Positions 37,981-52,032 of a DNA stretch of 64,000 nucleotides are shown here, one piece after another (positions within the stretch are counted from its first letter, which is position 1; every line of letters starts with the position of its first letter). The translations under genes were made by a program, and so were the position numbers. Source of the DNA: Octopus sinensis (taxonomy: Eukaryota); the NCBI RefSeq assembly GCF_006345805.1, contig NC_043001.1, positions 44,826,001 through 44,890,000 on the forward strand. Reading direction: 5' to 3'. A model generated the notes under the pieces. The model had not been told where the DNA came from, ran no database searches, and saw only the letters and a list, made by a program, of their open reading frames with translations.

Positions 37981-39968
37981 GACGGTGGACTACCACAGAA
38001 AGTAAACCTAGATAATTAACAGAGATTACATAGGAGAAAAGGAGAAAAAAAATCAAAAACTCTTAAAAGGGGAAGAGAGAGAAAATGGAAAATGAGAAAT
38101 AAAGACAAATCAAAATATGAAGGTACATAAAATAGGAGAGAAAGAAGAAATAAAACCAAGATCGCTTGAGACAGAGATGAACAGAGAAGGGAAAAGAGAG
38201 AAAAACATTATTTTTTTAAAAAGAGAAAGAAATAGAATAAGAGAGAAATATGAAATAGAGTGATAAGAAAACAAAGACAGGAAGCGAAAAATAGAGAAAG
38301 AGGAGGAATTTAATTCTCTTTCAGAAACAGCGATAAAGAGAAAGGTGAAAGGGAGATAGATATTAATATAAGGAAGAGAAAGAGGGATAGATAGAGATAT
38401 ATTGGAGGAGAAATAGATTGTGAAAAAGGAAAAGCCACACGGATAAATAAAGTAGGCACGATGATGAGTGACAAGGAGTTAAAACGGGGTTGGGGTGAAC
38501 AAAAAGAAAAGACAATAAGAAAGAGAAACAAAATCAAAGACTGACGGGTCGAAATAGAGATAGAACATGGGAGAGAGAGAGAAGGAGAAAAAAAATTAAT
38601 ATATGGAAAAGAGAGAGGGAAGTAAAAAGCAGAATAAAAGGGGAAAGAGAGATGAAAGAGTGTTGGGTGACTTGTGTGTATGCATGTGTACTCTGTTGCG
38701 CTTGTGTATATATGTAGCTTATGTGTGCATGCGAGTTTTGTCGCACTGTCATTTTCACATGGCTATGTGTGCGTGATATATGCTTATATATGTTCAGATA
38801 TGCCTCTGTATGTGTATGGATTAACTCAAACACGAACAGGAAACTCGCCGAAACTCGCCCTAATGTCTCTGTTCCTTTTTCTGTGTAGAATGTAGGGCAG
38901 AGGAAGGAAGTTGGCAGGCAGAGAAAGGGAGTGGAGCTTAAGTTTCCGTCTCATTCTTATAACAGAAGCCGAATTGAAGTTTTTTTTGGAGAGGGTTTTT
39001 ACTTCTTTTTCTCTTCTTTCCTTTCCCAGAACTACACACACAGTATTCTGACAATAATCCACCACCACAACTGCTATCATTACACTCCTGTCTTCTGCTT
39101 GTGTGTACGTGTAACTGAAATCCACCCTTGCGCGCACACACACACACATCAGTATATGCATGTAAGTGTATGCGCGTACGTGATAAAAAAATATCCATTT
39201 TATGTATGCCTGTGCACAGAGATATCAGAGTTAAGGTGTCAGAATGTGTATATATGAGAGTGTATGTATGTCAGAAGACACACGTGAGTGTGCATGTTTG
39301 CACATATATAAAAATAATAAATACGGTTGTACATATGTGCATATGCGTTTATTAGAAAAGCCCTCGCGTACATGTGTGAGTGCTTTATAAGGATAACAGT
39401 GCCTTCGTATACATACATATATATATGAGTATTTGAATGTGTGTTCATGAGAGAAACACATATGTATGAATGTGTATAATAAATTGTTTTCTATGTTAGA
39501 GAAACTACATGTGTGTGTGTGTACTTGTCTTTGTAATCAGGTTTACCAGATCAATTTCATAAAAAGAAGCACAAAATTTTCAAAACGTAGAGAATTGTGT
39601 TAGTAATCCAACATGAAAATTTTGCTAGTAAATCCGTATCTTTTATCTTCTTTTTGTTTTAGTCCTTGGCCACTTTAGGGCATCACCTTGAAGGGTTTAA
39701 TCGAACAAATCAACCCCAGTACTTATTCTCTTGGTCTCTTTTGCCAAACTGATAAGTTACAGGGATGAAAACAAACCAGCACCGTTTGTCAAGCAATGGT
39801 GAAGAAAAAACCATACACACGCATAACACAGGCTTCTTTCAGCAAGTAAATCGAGGATACAAGCGCTACAAGTTGAAAGCTCTGCATATTGGACACTAGC
39901 AGGATTGTGGGATCATCAGGAGATTCTTTGAGCTGTTTTGGGTTGTTCCTCACCAGCATTATTACTAC

Positions 39969-40195
39969 CTATTTCTTTACTACCCACAAGGGGCTAAACA
40001 CAGAGGGGACAAGCTAAGACAGACAAACGGATTAAGTCGATTACATCGACCCCAGTGCGTAACTGGTACTTAATTTATCGACCCCGAAAGGATGAAAGGC
40101 AAAGTCGACCTCGGCGGAATTTGAACTCACAACGTAACAGCAGCTGAAATACCGCTAAGCATTTCGCCCGACATGCTAACGATTCTGCCACCAGC
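39969..40195 (-). mobile_element. young family A SINE (short-tail subfamily)
   Basis: Nearly the same sequence as 61108-61342 and 19443-19675; CpG retained. Confidence 0.85.
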
Positions 40196-42051
40196 CCCAC
40201 CTCACTGAGATGAGGTGCTACTTGCTAGACCAACTATTTACTAGGCGTCACTCAATATTCTTCTTGACATTGATCATAGTCGTTTTGTAATCAACTCCTG
40301 TGGCTTGCCTTCTTCAATGCATACACATGCATGCATCTACCCTTACATACATACGGGTCATTGATTTGACCTCGAGCAAAATCACTTTGTTATTGCAGAT
40401 ATGCCTGTAATAAGTTTGAAAGCATTTCTACTATGGGTCCTGATTTTTTTTTTTTAACTATGGACAAATGTAACATAATTTTGTCAAAAATCACATCAAC
40501 AGCAGTTTTGCCTATGTGCATTCATACAAAATGGAATTTCAGCCCAGTAATTAATGAGTATACCTTCTAGAGGAGGATGAGCATTGTGGCCCTGAGCATT
40601 TTTCAGGTCCCCTAAGATTGATGGGAAGAGAGGAAGTGCCATAAACTTTTAAGGAGTCATGATATCCTACTTTTAACTCACCATTTAAAGAGAAGACTAT
40701 GAATGATGTAGTTGAGTAACATCAAGAAATGGATAAAGGGAAGAGGTTGTGTCCCTTGATGTGTACATGCTTCCTCTCTAGGCTATAGATTTTGATTGCA
40801 GGAGAGAGAAAGAGAGACAGACAGAGCAAGACAGAGAGAGAGAGAGAGGGGGGAGAGAAAGAGAGACAGACTGCTGAAAGTGAGCAAATATTTGAAAAGT
40901 TTTGATCTAAATGAATTTTTTTATCTGATTATTGAAAGTTGTTTAGTTCCAGGCCAGCTCTGATGAAGCAGACCTATGATCAAAATCATTCCATCCATGA
41001 CAATCCTGTCTTTTTTCATGCATTGTGTATCTAGGACTACATTATCTAATGTGAACCTTTAAATGGCAGCACAGAGTGTTTTGAAAGAGAGGGAGACAGT
41101 GAGAGAGAAAGAGAGAGAGAGAGAGAAGTTGCTATCTCTAGATAACTAAATGGAAGTTTGTATACCTTTTTTATTGCTTGGCCTTTTTATTTATTTATTT
41201 ATTGTGACAAAACTAACAGGCTATTAATATGTGTTATTAATATATTAGAGATTTGACTGCTATTTCTGGCAGAATAAGCAACTGTGTAGGTGTTCTCTTG
41301 TTGCAAAAGAATGAATACATTGTGCAACTAAAAGCCTGTAATTTCAGATGGAATTGTGTACATTAGCAATTCTTGTACAGAATTAACATATTTCTTAACT
41401 ACTTCCACTGTGGAACTGTATATGGTATTTTTGTAGGCACATATGTTACTTGATTAAATTAAGGTTATTTTTCTATTTTATTGTATATATTTTGTTTATA
41501 GGTTGCAAGTGACAAGGAGGCGGCTCTGCAACTAGGGTAGAATAAATATTAGATATTTTGTTTGACATTGGTTTATCTACAATTTTCTTGCTGGTATGTT
41601 TGCTTGCTTGCTTACAAGCATGCATACATATATATACATACTTACATACAGTTATACAAATACACACACACACACAAATGCATGCATGCATACATACATA
41701 CAAGTAGCAAAGAGTCTAAAACAGCAGGCCACCAGACCAAATTTATAACTTACTGTATTTTGTCCTTGTATGCTCTGATTTCTAAACCTACCAAGTTAAC
41801 AACACATTTTGTACCTCATGGGTACAAAAGGAAGTTAAATTGCTTAGACCCACTTCCCTACAAATCTTGTTCTGGTTCCAAAATTTATAGTCAATGTGAG
41901 GAAAACAAAATGTGGTGGAGAGTTAGTAATGGTAGAGCAACTGACTAAGCATTGTCTTGACATATTTACTTTCAACTTCTCTACTTTCCAAGTTCAAATT
42001 CTATTGGGGTTGACTTTTACTTTATATTTCTCTAGAGTCAATTCATCATCA

Positions 42052-42400
42052 TCATGTAATGTCTGCTTTCCATGCAAGCATAAGTTGGATGGTTTGGCAG
42101 GAGCTTGTAAACTAAAAGACTGCACCAAGTACTACAGTCTGTTTTGGCATGGTTTCTGTGACTGGATGCCCTTCCTAATGCCAACCAATTTTTGGAGTGT
42201 ACTAGGTGCTTTTATATAACACTAGCACCAGCAAGACCACCAAGTAACTTGCAAGAGCCCCACCTCAGTGGAAGTTGGGAAGGTAGACTAATACTGAGCA
42301 GGGTGGTTTTGTATCAGGTGATGAGAAGATAGAGTATAACAGAGGGGACAGAATCAGGTATCTTGCAGTAGAAGAAGTATATATGGCTGCTTCCCCTGTT
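42052..42400 (-). mobile_element. RTE 3'-UTR-derived fragment with (GAT)n tail
   Basis: CATCATCATCATGTAATGTCTGCTTTCCATGC.. homologous to the 8715-8900 end; similar copies at ~34520, ~54922, ~55330. Confidence 0.7.
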
Positions 42401-43520
42401 GGAAAAGGAGAGACAATGAGAGAAAGAGAGGAGATAATGCTATTGTCTATAAATTTGAGATCCTTTGGTTACTGTAATGTATTATAATTATTGACAGTTA
42501 AACATTGTAAAACATCTATTCTGGCACCAAACAATGTCTGTTACCTATCAATGTCATTGCTCAACCAGCGAAAAGTCACAGCCAAATCTCCTTCAAATCA
42601 AACCCAACCATCTTATATAAAGACAGGACAGGATGTATTAAATAACATAGATTTACATAACTTTATATACCTGAAGCAAACAATAACAAAATATATGGTC
42701 AATAACATTTAATATAACTATATTTATATATTCTATTTTATAATAATATATAAAAAAATAAATCTATTACCTCTGAAGGTTGAGACATTAAATTGGGTTG
42801 TGGCAAAATAAAAGATGTAAATTTGTCCTGCAGGCCTCCTCTAATAGTCTTTAGGTTTCTCACAATAAAGAATGAAGAGTAAAGAAAAAAAGCAAAAACA
42901 GTTTGTATGTTCACTTCTTAATGTCAGGAATATACAGAAAACATTGCAAATATAGAAGTGTCAAGCATTTCAACTGATGGACAAATATATAAACATGGAC
43001 AAATATATAAGTCTTCAAAAATAAACAGAAAGAAAAAGAAACAATAATGTCCAATGTTCAATGACACCACCTTCTGTGTCTTTGCCAAAGGATACAATAA
43101 AAATAACAACAAAACAATATGCCCTTCACTTTTTGTTTATAGCATTTTAATATTTTATTTTCAATTTATATAATTGTATTTATATACCAACAACTCGGTT
43201 TGTGTTAGATTTTTGTTTTAACACAAAAAAAAAATAAATTATATATTCTTTTTATTTTCAATTTGTTTTATTATATTTATAACCAGAACTGTAGATTTTC
43301 GTTTTAACAAAAAAGGATTTATATTCATGCATACATACACACATACATATTCATACATGCAAGCATGTATATAAATATATATATATATATTATTCCAGAG
43401 GGTGACAAGTTTGAAGAAGCTACGTAATATACATACACACACACATATATGTATATATATGCTATTAAGTTAGACATGACATGGACCAATCTTTGGTCGA
43501 AATATATCTAAGTTTATCTA

Positions 43521-43586
<66 letters not shown>

Positions 43587-43899
43587 TACACACACAAATT
43601 AGACTCTGGGTAGGATTTTTCACCCTTAAATCCACCAAAGTGTATTATATGTTTGGTTCTAAAGGTAACCAACATTATGTATTTAAATATTTTCTACAAT
43701 AAACATACACTTCATTTAAATATCTCCAAGGAAGCTAAGATGTCACATGGGTACTCAGTTCTTAATGCAAGCTGCTTACAGTAGAGACAACTACAAGCTA
43801 ATGGAAATGGTAATCAGTAGCTAGGTATTGTAGGATTTTTAACAAAATGAAAAATTTATACACACACACACATATGCATACATACATACCTATATAGTT

Positions 43900-44100
43900 A
43901 ATCCAAACAAGAAAGCACAAAAAAACACAACGCGAGGATGTGGAACAAATATAGTATTATTGGATGCTCAGGAAAGAAGGAGAGTTTAACGTTTCGAGCG
44001 GAGCTCTTCGTTGGAAACATAGGAGAAGGAAAGATCCAGAGAAGGGAAGACAGAGGGAAAAAATCGCCAACAGTACACACGCGGTCACATTTTGAATGTG
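43900..44100 (-). mobile_element. solo Penelope pLTR remnant with degenerate hammerhead core
   Basis: Minus strand CCAACGA-A-GAGC-TCC-GCTC-GAAACGTTA at ~43987-44014; homologous to 47296-47505; microsatellite flanks. Confidence 0.65.
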
Positions 44101-44140
<40 letters not shown>

Positions 44141-44332
44141 TCAATATAGGGTTGCAAAAAATTCAATAGAGATTTTTTCGCCACCAGCGAAACAATGCAT
44201 TGTCTAAAGATGAATAGGGTAAATGTTTTTTAATTTTCCTTTAATTTCTGAATTACTACTACTTAGCGGTTTGAGTCATGGCTGCTCTTTCTAGTGGGTC
44301 GAATGGCCTATTGAGGCCGTTCCTCAATGTTG

Positions 44333-44376
<44 letters not shown>

Positions 44377-44379
<3 letters not shown>

Positions 44380-44559
44380 GGTCCCGGGTTGATTCGGGGT
44401 TAACCACAGTAAATAAGGTACTCAATACATAGCAGAGTAAAATTATTTATTATATAGAAGGAGCTTCTACAGGACTAGAACTGTTTCATTCAAGAGAAAT
44501 CTTCAGAAGATTTCTCTTGAATGAAACAGTTCTAGTCCTGTAGAAGCCCCTTCTATATA

Positions 44560-44566
<7 letters not shown>
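44377..44566 (-). mobile_element. second foldback pLTR-like mini-element between (TA)n tracts
   Basis: 61-bp arms 44444-44504 / 44506-44566 (1 mismatch) around a single A; minus strand reads CTGAAGA-TTTCTCTTGAAT-GAAAC from the centre. Confidence 0.7.
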
Positions 44567-44604
<38 letters not shown>

Positions 44605-44814
44605 CATACATATATATAATACATACATACATACATACATACATACATACATACATTATATATACATACATACATACATACATATATTATACATACATAC
44701 ATATATACATACATACATACAATATATATACATACATACATATATATATACATACATACATACATATATACATACATACATATATATACATACATACATA
44801 CATATATATATACA

Positions 44815-44850
<36 letters not shown>

Positions 44851-44885
44851 TACATACATACATACATACATATATATATACATAC

Positions 44886-44920
<35 letters not shown>
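44567..44920. repeat. compound (TA)/(TACA) microsatellite
   Basis: Direct inspection. Confidence 0.95.
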
Positions 44921-44921
<1 letters not shown>

Positions 44922-46640
44922 GTATTAGAAGGTTTGGCGGTGATGTACAGGTATTATATATTAGGAATAAATAAGGTACTCAGAGATGTGGATGGTTGTA
45001 CATTTACAGTTTTTTATTAATATGTCACATGTTTTTTATAAATCTACTAGAGTAGATGCACTTGCAACCCATACCAGCACAGGAATCAAACATTGGACAA
45101 GGATGATGACAATAATAATAAATCCAGCCAATTTTTTTGACAAATAACTTTTATTAACCAACTTGTCATCTTCTATTGAAAGAACTGAACAGCTGTATAG
45201 ATGTAAACACAATCTTTTCTTCCTCCATTCTTTCCTTCTCTTTTCCCTTGACACTTCTTTCAGATACACAGGCACACACCACACGCACACACACAGACAC
45301 ATATGCACACATACACACACTCACACACACTCTCTTTCAATGGACATTGATGATGATGAAAATAAATTCAGACAATTGTTTGAAAAATAACTTTTATCAA
45401 AACAAGACCCCCACTTAGAGTTTTGCCATTTTTAAAAGCCAAGAATCAACTCATCACTTTCTATTGAAAGAAGTGACCAGCTGTATAGATGTAAACACAT
45501 TTTTTCTTCTTTCTCTCTTCCTTCTTTCTTTCCTTCTCTTTTCCATTGACACTCCTTTCAGATACACAGGCACACACACACTCTCTCTCACTTTCTCCCC
45601 ATTCCTCACCCTCTTTTACTATCCTATATACTATAAAAAGAGATGAATCTCCTCAAAAATTCAAATCTGAAGAATCTACTAGAGTAGAAGCAAGTGCTAA
45701 TATATGATTTATAAAAACATGACATATTAATAAAAATCTGTAAATGTACAACCATCCAGATCTATGAGCATTTTTTCTAATATATATATATATATATATC
45801 ATACATATATATATCCATATATACACACACACATATATATATATGCATATACATACACACATATACATATATATATATAACTTTATATATTATACATACT
45901 TTTAAATATATATATATATCTTTTAATGGATGAATGTGAGTTCATCCTTTAATTGGAGTAATTTCCAAAGATTTCTATCATTGTTTCTTCATTATTCCTC
46001 ATCAAAACAGACTCCCCCTCCTTAGAGTAACCATCTGGTCTTGCCATTTTTACAGACCAAGAATCAAGTTGTCATCTTCTATTGAAAGAACTGATCAACT
46101 GTATACATACAAATACATTTTTTCTTCTTTTTCTTTCTTTCCTTCTCTTTTCCATTGACATTAAGAAAAAACACATTTTTTCACTTTGGAAAGATTTTTC
46201 TTTCAGACCCCCTGGTGAGCTGGCTGAACCAAAGAAAGCATCTGTTCTAGCCACCTACTTAAAAATATATATTCTTTTCCTTTTCTCTTAGTCTCTTATT
46301 CAAAATGCTTCCTTTCAGATATACACACACACTCTCTCTCACTTTCTCCCCATTCCTCTCCCTCTTTCCTACCCTATACATTCCACATTACTCTTTTCCC
46401 CTCTCTCTCTCTTTCTCTCCACCCCAACCCATTCACTAATACTATAAAAAGAGAGAAACCTCTTCACAAAATTTAAATCTAAAGAATCTCTAATATAGAG
46501 CAGATGAAAGTGCTTATATGTGATTTGTAAAAACATGTGACATGTTAATAAATATTGGTATATGAACCATCCAGATCTCTGAATACCTTAATTTTTCTAA
46601 TATATAATATCTGTACATCACCTCCAAACCTTCTAATATA
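44921..46640. repeat. decayed direct and inverted copies of a PLE-3'-end-like unit
   Basis: TCTTCTATTGAAAGAA block at ~45165, ~45455, ~46075; pLTR-like block at ~45665-45780 and ~46478-46638, inverted at 44921-45040. Confidence 0.7.
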
Positions 46641-46689
46641 AATACACACACACATATATATACATATATACATGTGTATATACACACAT

Positions 46690-46744
<55 letters not shown>

Positions 46745-47253
46745 CACACACTAACATATATACACATTCCACATCTTGGTATTGTTTCCAAACCAAATTC
46801 TATATTTTAAATTTTTGATTTTTAATTCACCTGAAGAAAATATTTTTTTTCCTCATGATGAGATCAGTTAATTCATCAATAAAAAATTTATCTGAAACAG
46901 ATGTAGTGAACCTTAACTCATTTGTATTCATTCATTCATTCATTCATTCACACACACACATGTGCATACACACAATATATATATATATAATCAAAGGCTG
47001 GTCAGTATATTTGTCAATCTTTGATTTTGTGGGAAGAGGGGTAATTTTATGATATTGAACACACTGTTTAATCCCACTTACCCACAAAAAAAAAAAGGTC
47101 TTATAAAATTTTAGGGAGCTGCTATTAAAATTAGGTGCAAGACCTACAATATGTCCCTATTACATGATTTTGAATATATTTGCAGCACTGCAGCAAAGAT
47201 GTAGAGGCAAAGCATTTTTTTTCTTTTTTATGATGACAATTCTGAATTCCCTG

Positions 47254-47295
<42 letters not shown>

Positions 47296-47298
<3 letters not shown>

Positions 47299-48840
47299 AG
47301 TAAATCCGAACAAAGAACAAATAAGAAAAAACAATAACGTGAGGACGTGGTACAAGTACTGTATTAGAAGATGCTCAGGAAAGGATGGAAAGAGGATTTA
47401 ACGTTTCGAGCAAAGCTCTACTTCAGAAATAGAGGAAAGTCCAAAGGAAGGGAAGACGGAGGAAGAAAATCGCCAATGATACACACACGGTTACATTTTG
47501 AAATGACTAGAAGGTAATGGGGGAAGAAAAATTCTTTATAAGACAGGAGAGTGTAAGAGAAGGAGATATGTGTGGGTATGTGTGTGTGTGTGTAATAAAA
47601 GCATGTGCATGTATGTATATGTGTGTGTGTGGTTTTGGCTGTTTATATGTGTGTGTGTGTGTGGTGTGTGTGTGTGTGGTTTTGGCGTTTTATATGTGTG
47701 TGTGTGTAGGAAGAATTTATAGTAAGAATTTTTGGTAGGAGTGGCTGTCTTTTGTGTGTCTCCCTTCGCATGTGCATAGGAGAATGGCCAGTAGAAAGGT
47801 GTTTAACTGGTAGCTTGAAGTATGTGTGTGTGCATGTATGTATATGTTGTGTGTGTGCTTTGTGTGCAGTTTGTGCCTGCATCTGTGTGTATGTATGTGT
47901 ATGTGTGGGGTTGTGTGTGGATTGTGTCTGTGGTGCAAATGTGCATTACTCTGTGTGTGTGTGTGTGTGTGTGGGTACATGTGTGTATGTCCATGAATGT
48001 ATAATTGTGTGAGTGTATGTATGTGTGTGGGGGAGGTATTTGTGCGTGTGTATGAGTGTGTGTATGTATATGTGTGTGCATGTGAGTGTATGTGTGTGCA
48101 TTTTGTGTGTGCGTGCATGTGTGCATGTGTATGTGTACGTAGTTGTGTATTTGTATGCATGTGTGTGTGTATGCATGTGTGTGTGGAGTTGTTAGTGTTA
48201 GGTATGTGTGCAAGTGTGTGTGTGTGCTTATGTGTGAATGAGTGTGTGCATGTGCGTGTGTATGCATGTGTGTGTATGTGTGCATGCATGTGCTTATGTG
48301 TGTGTGTGCTTATGTCCATGTGTGTGTAATTGTGTGCTTCTGTATGAGTGTGTGTTGTGTGTGTGGGAGGTATATGTGCACGGGGGCATGTATTTCTTCG
48401 TGTGTGTGTATATGTACGTTTGTGTGTGAATGTGTGCGTGTATACAGAAATAAAATAAAATGTAATAAATTATAATAAAAAAGGTTAATAGGGGATAAAG
48501 AAGAAGTTAATACAATATAAAATGGCACAATAAAAAAAAACAAAAAATGAAATAAAGTTGCTTATTGCAGGAGGTTGTAGAGGCAGTCATTAGGAGGGGG
48601 AGGTTGTGTTTAGTCTGAAGGGGACAGTTGTTTGTAGATTAAAAATATAACACTGTTCCAGGTGGAGTCGTGAGTGTGTGGATCCATGGTGCAGAGCGAG
48701 GCCAAAGACGGACATGTTAGAGAAGGAGTGGTTGGCCAAGCGGAAGTGACCCGGCGATGGGGATGTTCGAATGTAGCCGAACATCCCTTAGATGTTCAGT
48801 GAACCAGTCGGCCAACCAGCGGCCCGTCTGACCTACATAT
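47296..48840 (-). mobile_element. 3' end of a second Penelope-like element (GIY-YIG C-terminus, microsatellite 3' UTR, pLTR)
   Basis: Minus translation YVGQTGRWLADWFTEHLRD (~48835-48779), then HFRLANHSFSNMSVFGL..RLHLEQCYIFNLQTTVPFRLN; pLTR with CTGAAGTA-GAGC-TTT-GCTC-GAAACGTTA at ~47399-47426. Confidence 0.8.
47570..48440. repeat. long imperfect (TG)n tract
   Basis: Direct inspection; source of the H/T-rich and C/V-rich ORFs. Confidence 0.9.
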
Positions 48841-49889
48841 AGTTTACCTCAGAGGATGCATCTAATACAGTATATGAGGGTAGAAGAGGTGCACACACAC
48901 ATACACACAATATATATATATATATATATATAAGCAAAAATAAATAAAATAACAAATATGCAACAGAGTTAAGCATACGCACACATTCTTATGCACATAT
49001 ATATATACATACATATATACATACATACATATATATATACACATATATACATACATATACATATATATATATACACACACACATAACATGCATGTACATG
49101 CATCTGTACACACACACACACATGCACACTGCAAAATTTGCATTTCTCCAGCAGTAGTAACATGATTCCTTTTTAAACTTGTAAGAAACTTTCAGTCAGT
49201 TGAGTTTTTTTTAATAAACAAAGCTAAAAAAATCAATAAAATGATAAACATATACATATATTTATATAATTAAAAATATAATATAGTCATTTTCTCTTTT
49301 TACAAAAAGACATGAGTTTTCATATAAATATATTATGCTAAGGTAATTTTGAAAATCAAGAATAAGTTTCACTTGGAAACTGAAACCAAAACCACCTAAT
49401 TTATTTTGTTAAGAACTTACCCTCTTATGCCAAAAATGTCATACTCACTTGTATCTGTACAAATTGTGAATCATCTATACATTTCTTCATACTTAATAAG
49501 AGATGATCTGCAGCTAAGCAAGATTATAGCCATCACCAATATCATCAAAAGTCATTTAGTTGTGTGCAGTCACCTCAATAGAACAAGAAGCTAAATATCC
49601 TTCAAATCAGACTTATTTAAAAAAAAAAATGGGGGGGGGGATACAATGTAATCCTGAAAAACTTAACTTGACAAAAACAAGAAAAATAACAGACAGAATA
49701 TTTATGCAGTGGAACATCTTTGATCATAAGTCTGTTCAGTCAAGATAAACAAGGGGCTAAGACAGCAACTAGCTGATATGAATAGTAATCTCCAACTTAA
49801 GCAAAACAATACCTTCACACGTGGGCACAAGATAACAAATTTGTTAGCAGGAGATATGAGAATAAGGATATGACTGATTAAAATGAGAC

Positions 49890-50177
49890 CCAACTGTATA
49901 ACAATTATTTATTTATTGAACCACAGAGATGAAAAGACTGTGGAACATAAAAGTGAAAATTATACCAGTGGTAACGAGTGTACTCTGTGCAACACCCAAA
50001 TTGCTATCTAAAAGGCTGAAAGAAATAGAAATTGAGACACATATTGGTGACCTGTAGAAAAGTGCTATCCTGTATTCTGCAGGAATCTAAACAAAGGTTA
50101 TTGAGATTTGAGGAGATCTGTTGTCATCAAATCTTATGATAACATCCTTACTAATTAAATTTGCATGTAAAAGCTTT

Positions 50178-50222
<45 letters not shown>

Positions 50223-50235
50223 TAATATTAATAAT
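49890..50235 (+). mobile_element. decayed R4/Dong-like 3' end followed by (AAT)n
   Basis: MKRLWNIKVKIIPVVTSVLCATPK..L*KSAILYSAGI* parallels the end of ORF 25053-25811; (AAT)n at ~50181-50235. Confidence 0.7.
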
Positions 50236-51755
50236 GGTTTCTGATTAAGGCACAAGGCCAGCAATTTTGAGAAGCAGAAAACGGAAGATTACATTGACCC
50301 ACTACTCAAATAGTACTTTATTTTATTGATCCCAAACGATGAAAGGCAAAACTGATCTCAGTGAGATTTGAATTCATACCACAAAGAGCTGAAAAAAATA
50401 CTACCCACAAGACATTTAACCATTCTGTGAGGTTTTTTTTTTTTGTCATGAATACAAAGTCACATATTTGTGGGGAATGATCAGTCAGTGATATCAAACC
50501 TAACACTCAAATTGTGGGATTTGAATTCAGAATATAAAATGTTATAACTAAATTTTATTATGCATTTTGTTTGATAATGAAACAAATGTCAAACCACAGC
50601 CCCCATGAATTTTTAACACAAGCACATGTATTTGAAGAGAGAGAGGTATATAGTTGATTATATTGGCTCCAGTAATTGGCCTTATTTCATCAACTTTAGA
50701 AGGATAGAGAAACATAGCTAAAAACTGAAAGACAATTAGTTTGACATTATTGTTTCTGGCACTAAATAATAATAACAACGATGACGGTTATGTTTTCTTA
50801 CAGAAGCACAAGGCAATACATTTAGGCGTATTTGACTGAACTGACTCCTGTTTTACACAGCTATTTATTTAATGGCCTTAAGAAGGAGGAAAAAAAAAGT
50901 TAACTAGGGTGGAATTGGAACACAGAATGTAAAGGTACATGAATAAAAATCACAAAATATTTTATCCAGTCTCTACTGATTCTCTTGTCCAACACTCTAA
51001 CAACAACAACAATAAATCTTACTAATTTTGGCACTGGGCCATCAATTTAAGGAGAGGGGACAAGTTGATTGAATTGACCCCAGTATATGGCTGGCACTTT
51101 ATTTTATTGATTCCAAAAGGATGAAAGGCAAAGTTGATCTTGGCAGGATTTGAAATCAGAATGCGAAGAGCAGAGACAAAGTCATTTTACTTGATGCTCT
51201 AATTATTTAGCCAATCTACTGCCCTAAAAATAATAATGGCCCAGGTTATGAAAGGGATTGTAGTAGATTTAAATGAAACCTCTACTTGACTGTTCTCATT
51301 TTATCAACCCCAGAGATGAAAGGCAAAATTCACACCAGTGGAATTTGAACTCAGAACATAATAAGATGTAACTAAGTATGACAAGGTATTTTATTCACCA
51401 CTCTACTGCTTCTGCCACTGATAATAATAATAATTCTTTCTACTATAGGCACAAGGCCTGACATTTTGAGGGAGAAGGTTAATTGATTACATAGACACCT
51501 TGTACTCAATTGGTCAACCTCAGCATAATTTGTACTCAGAATGTAATAAGCTGGAAGAAATACCACAAGGCATTTTGTCCAACAATCTAACAATTCTGCC
51601 AGATTGCTGCCTTATACAATAATAATAATGATGATGATGATGGTGATGATAATGATGATGATCACAATGACGACGACAATGATGATGATGATGATGATTA
51701 AATTAGGCACACAACCTGAAATTCATCAACAAGGACCAGTGCAGAGTTGCGAAGT

Positions 51756-52032
51756 TCATGATTTTCCCACACCAGAGTTCTTGTGTGTGTGCCTTAGCCT
51801 GAACAATGACCAGATGACCAGCTGGACACAACCCATACAAATTGGAATGATGTATATCAGATTGAACATGGTGGACTTCAACATGTTGGTCTTGGACAAA
51901 GACAGTTTTCCTTCCTTTAGCTGCTGGTAGCCATAAGAGTTGAGAATATTGACAATGAACATGGGTGAAATTGAAATGGCTGGCTTTTCAATGAGTGCAC
52001 TCATTCCATAGATCATGGATGAAATTGGTTTC
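51756..52032 (-). CDS. MFSD13A: MFSD13A/TMEM180-like transporter, last exon
   Basis: KPISSMIYGMSALIEKPAISISPMFIVNIL..IPICMGCVQLVIWSLFRL parallels the TMEM180 C-terminus as I recall it ([39 protein letters not shown]); TAG acceptor ends at 52033, phase 2. Confidence 0.85.

Noticed and set aside
38000-38660. Coding or structured element in the purine-rich tract
   Set aside because: Low-complexity GA/A-rich sequence without periodic units or splice-consistent frames.
47717-48475. Long His/Thr-rich and Cys/Val-rich ORFs (also 1869-2290, 35006-35454, 37356-37655, 44553-44899)
   Set aside because: They are translations of dinucleotide and tetranucleotide microsatellites.
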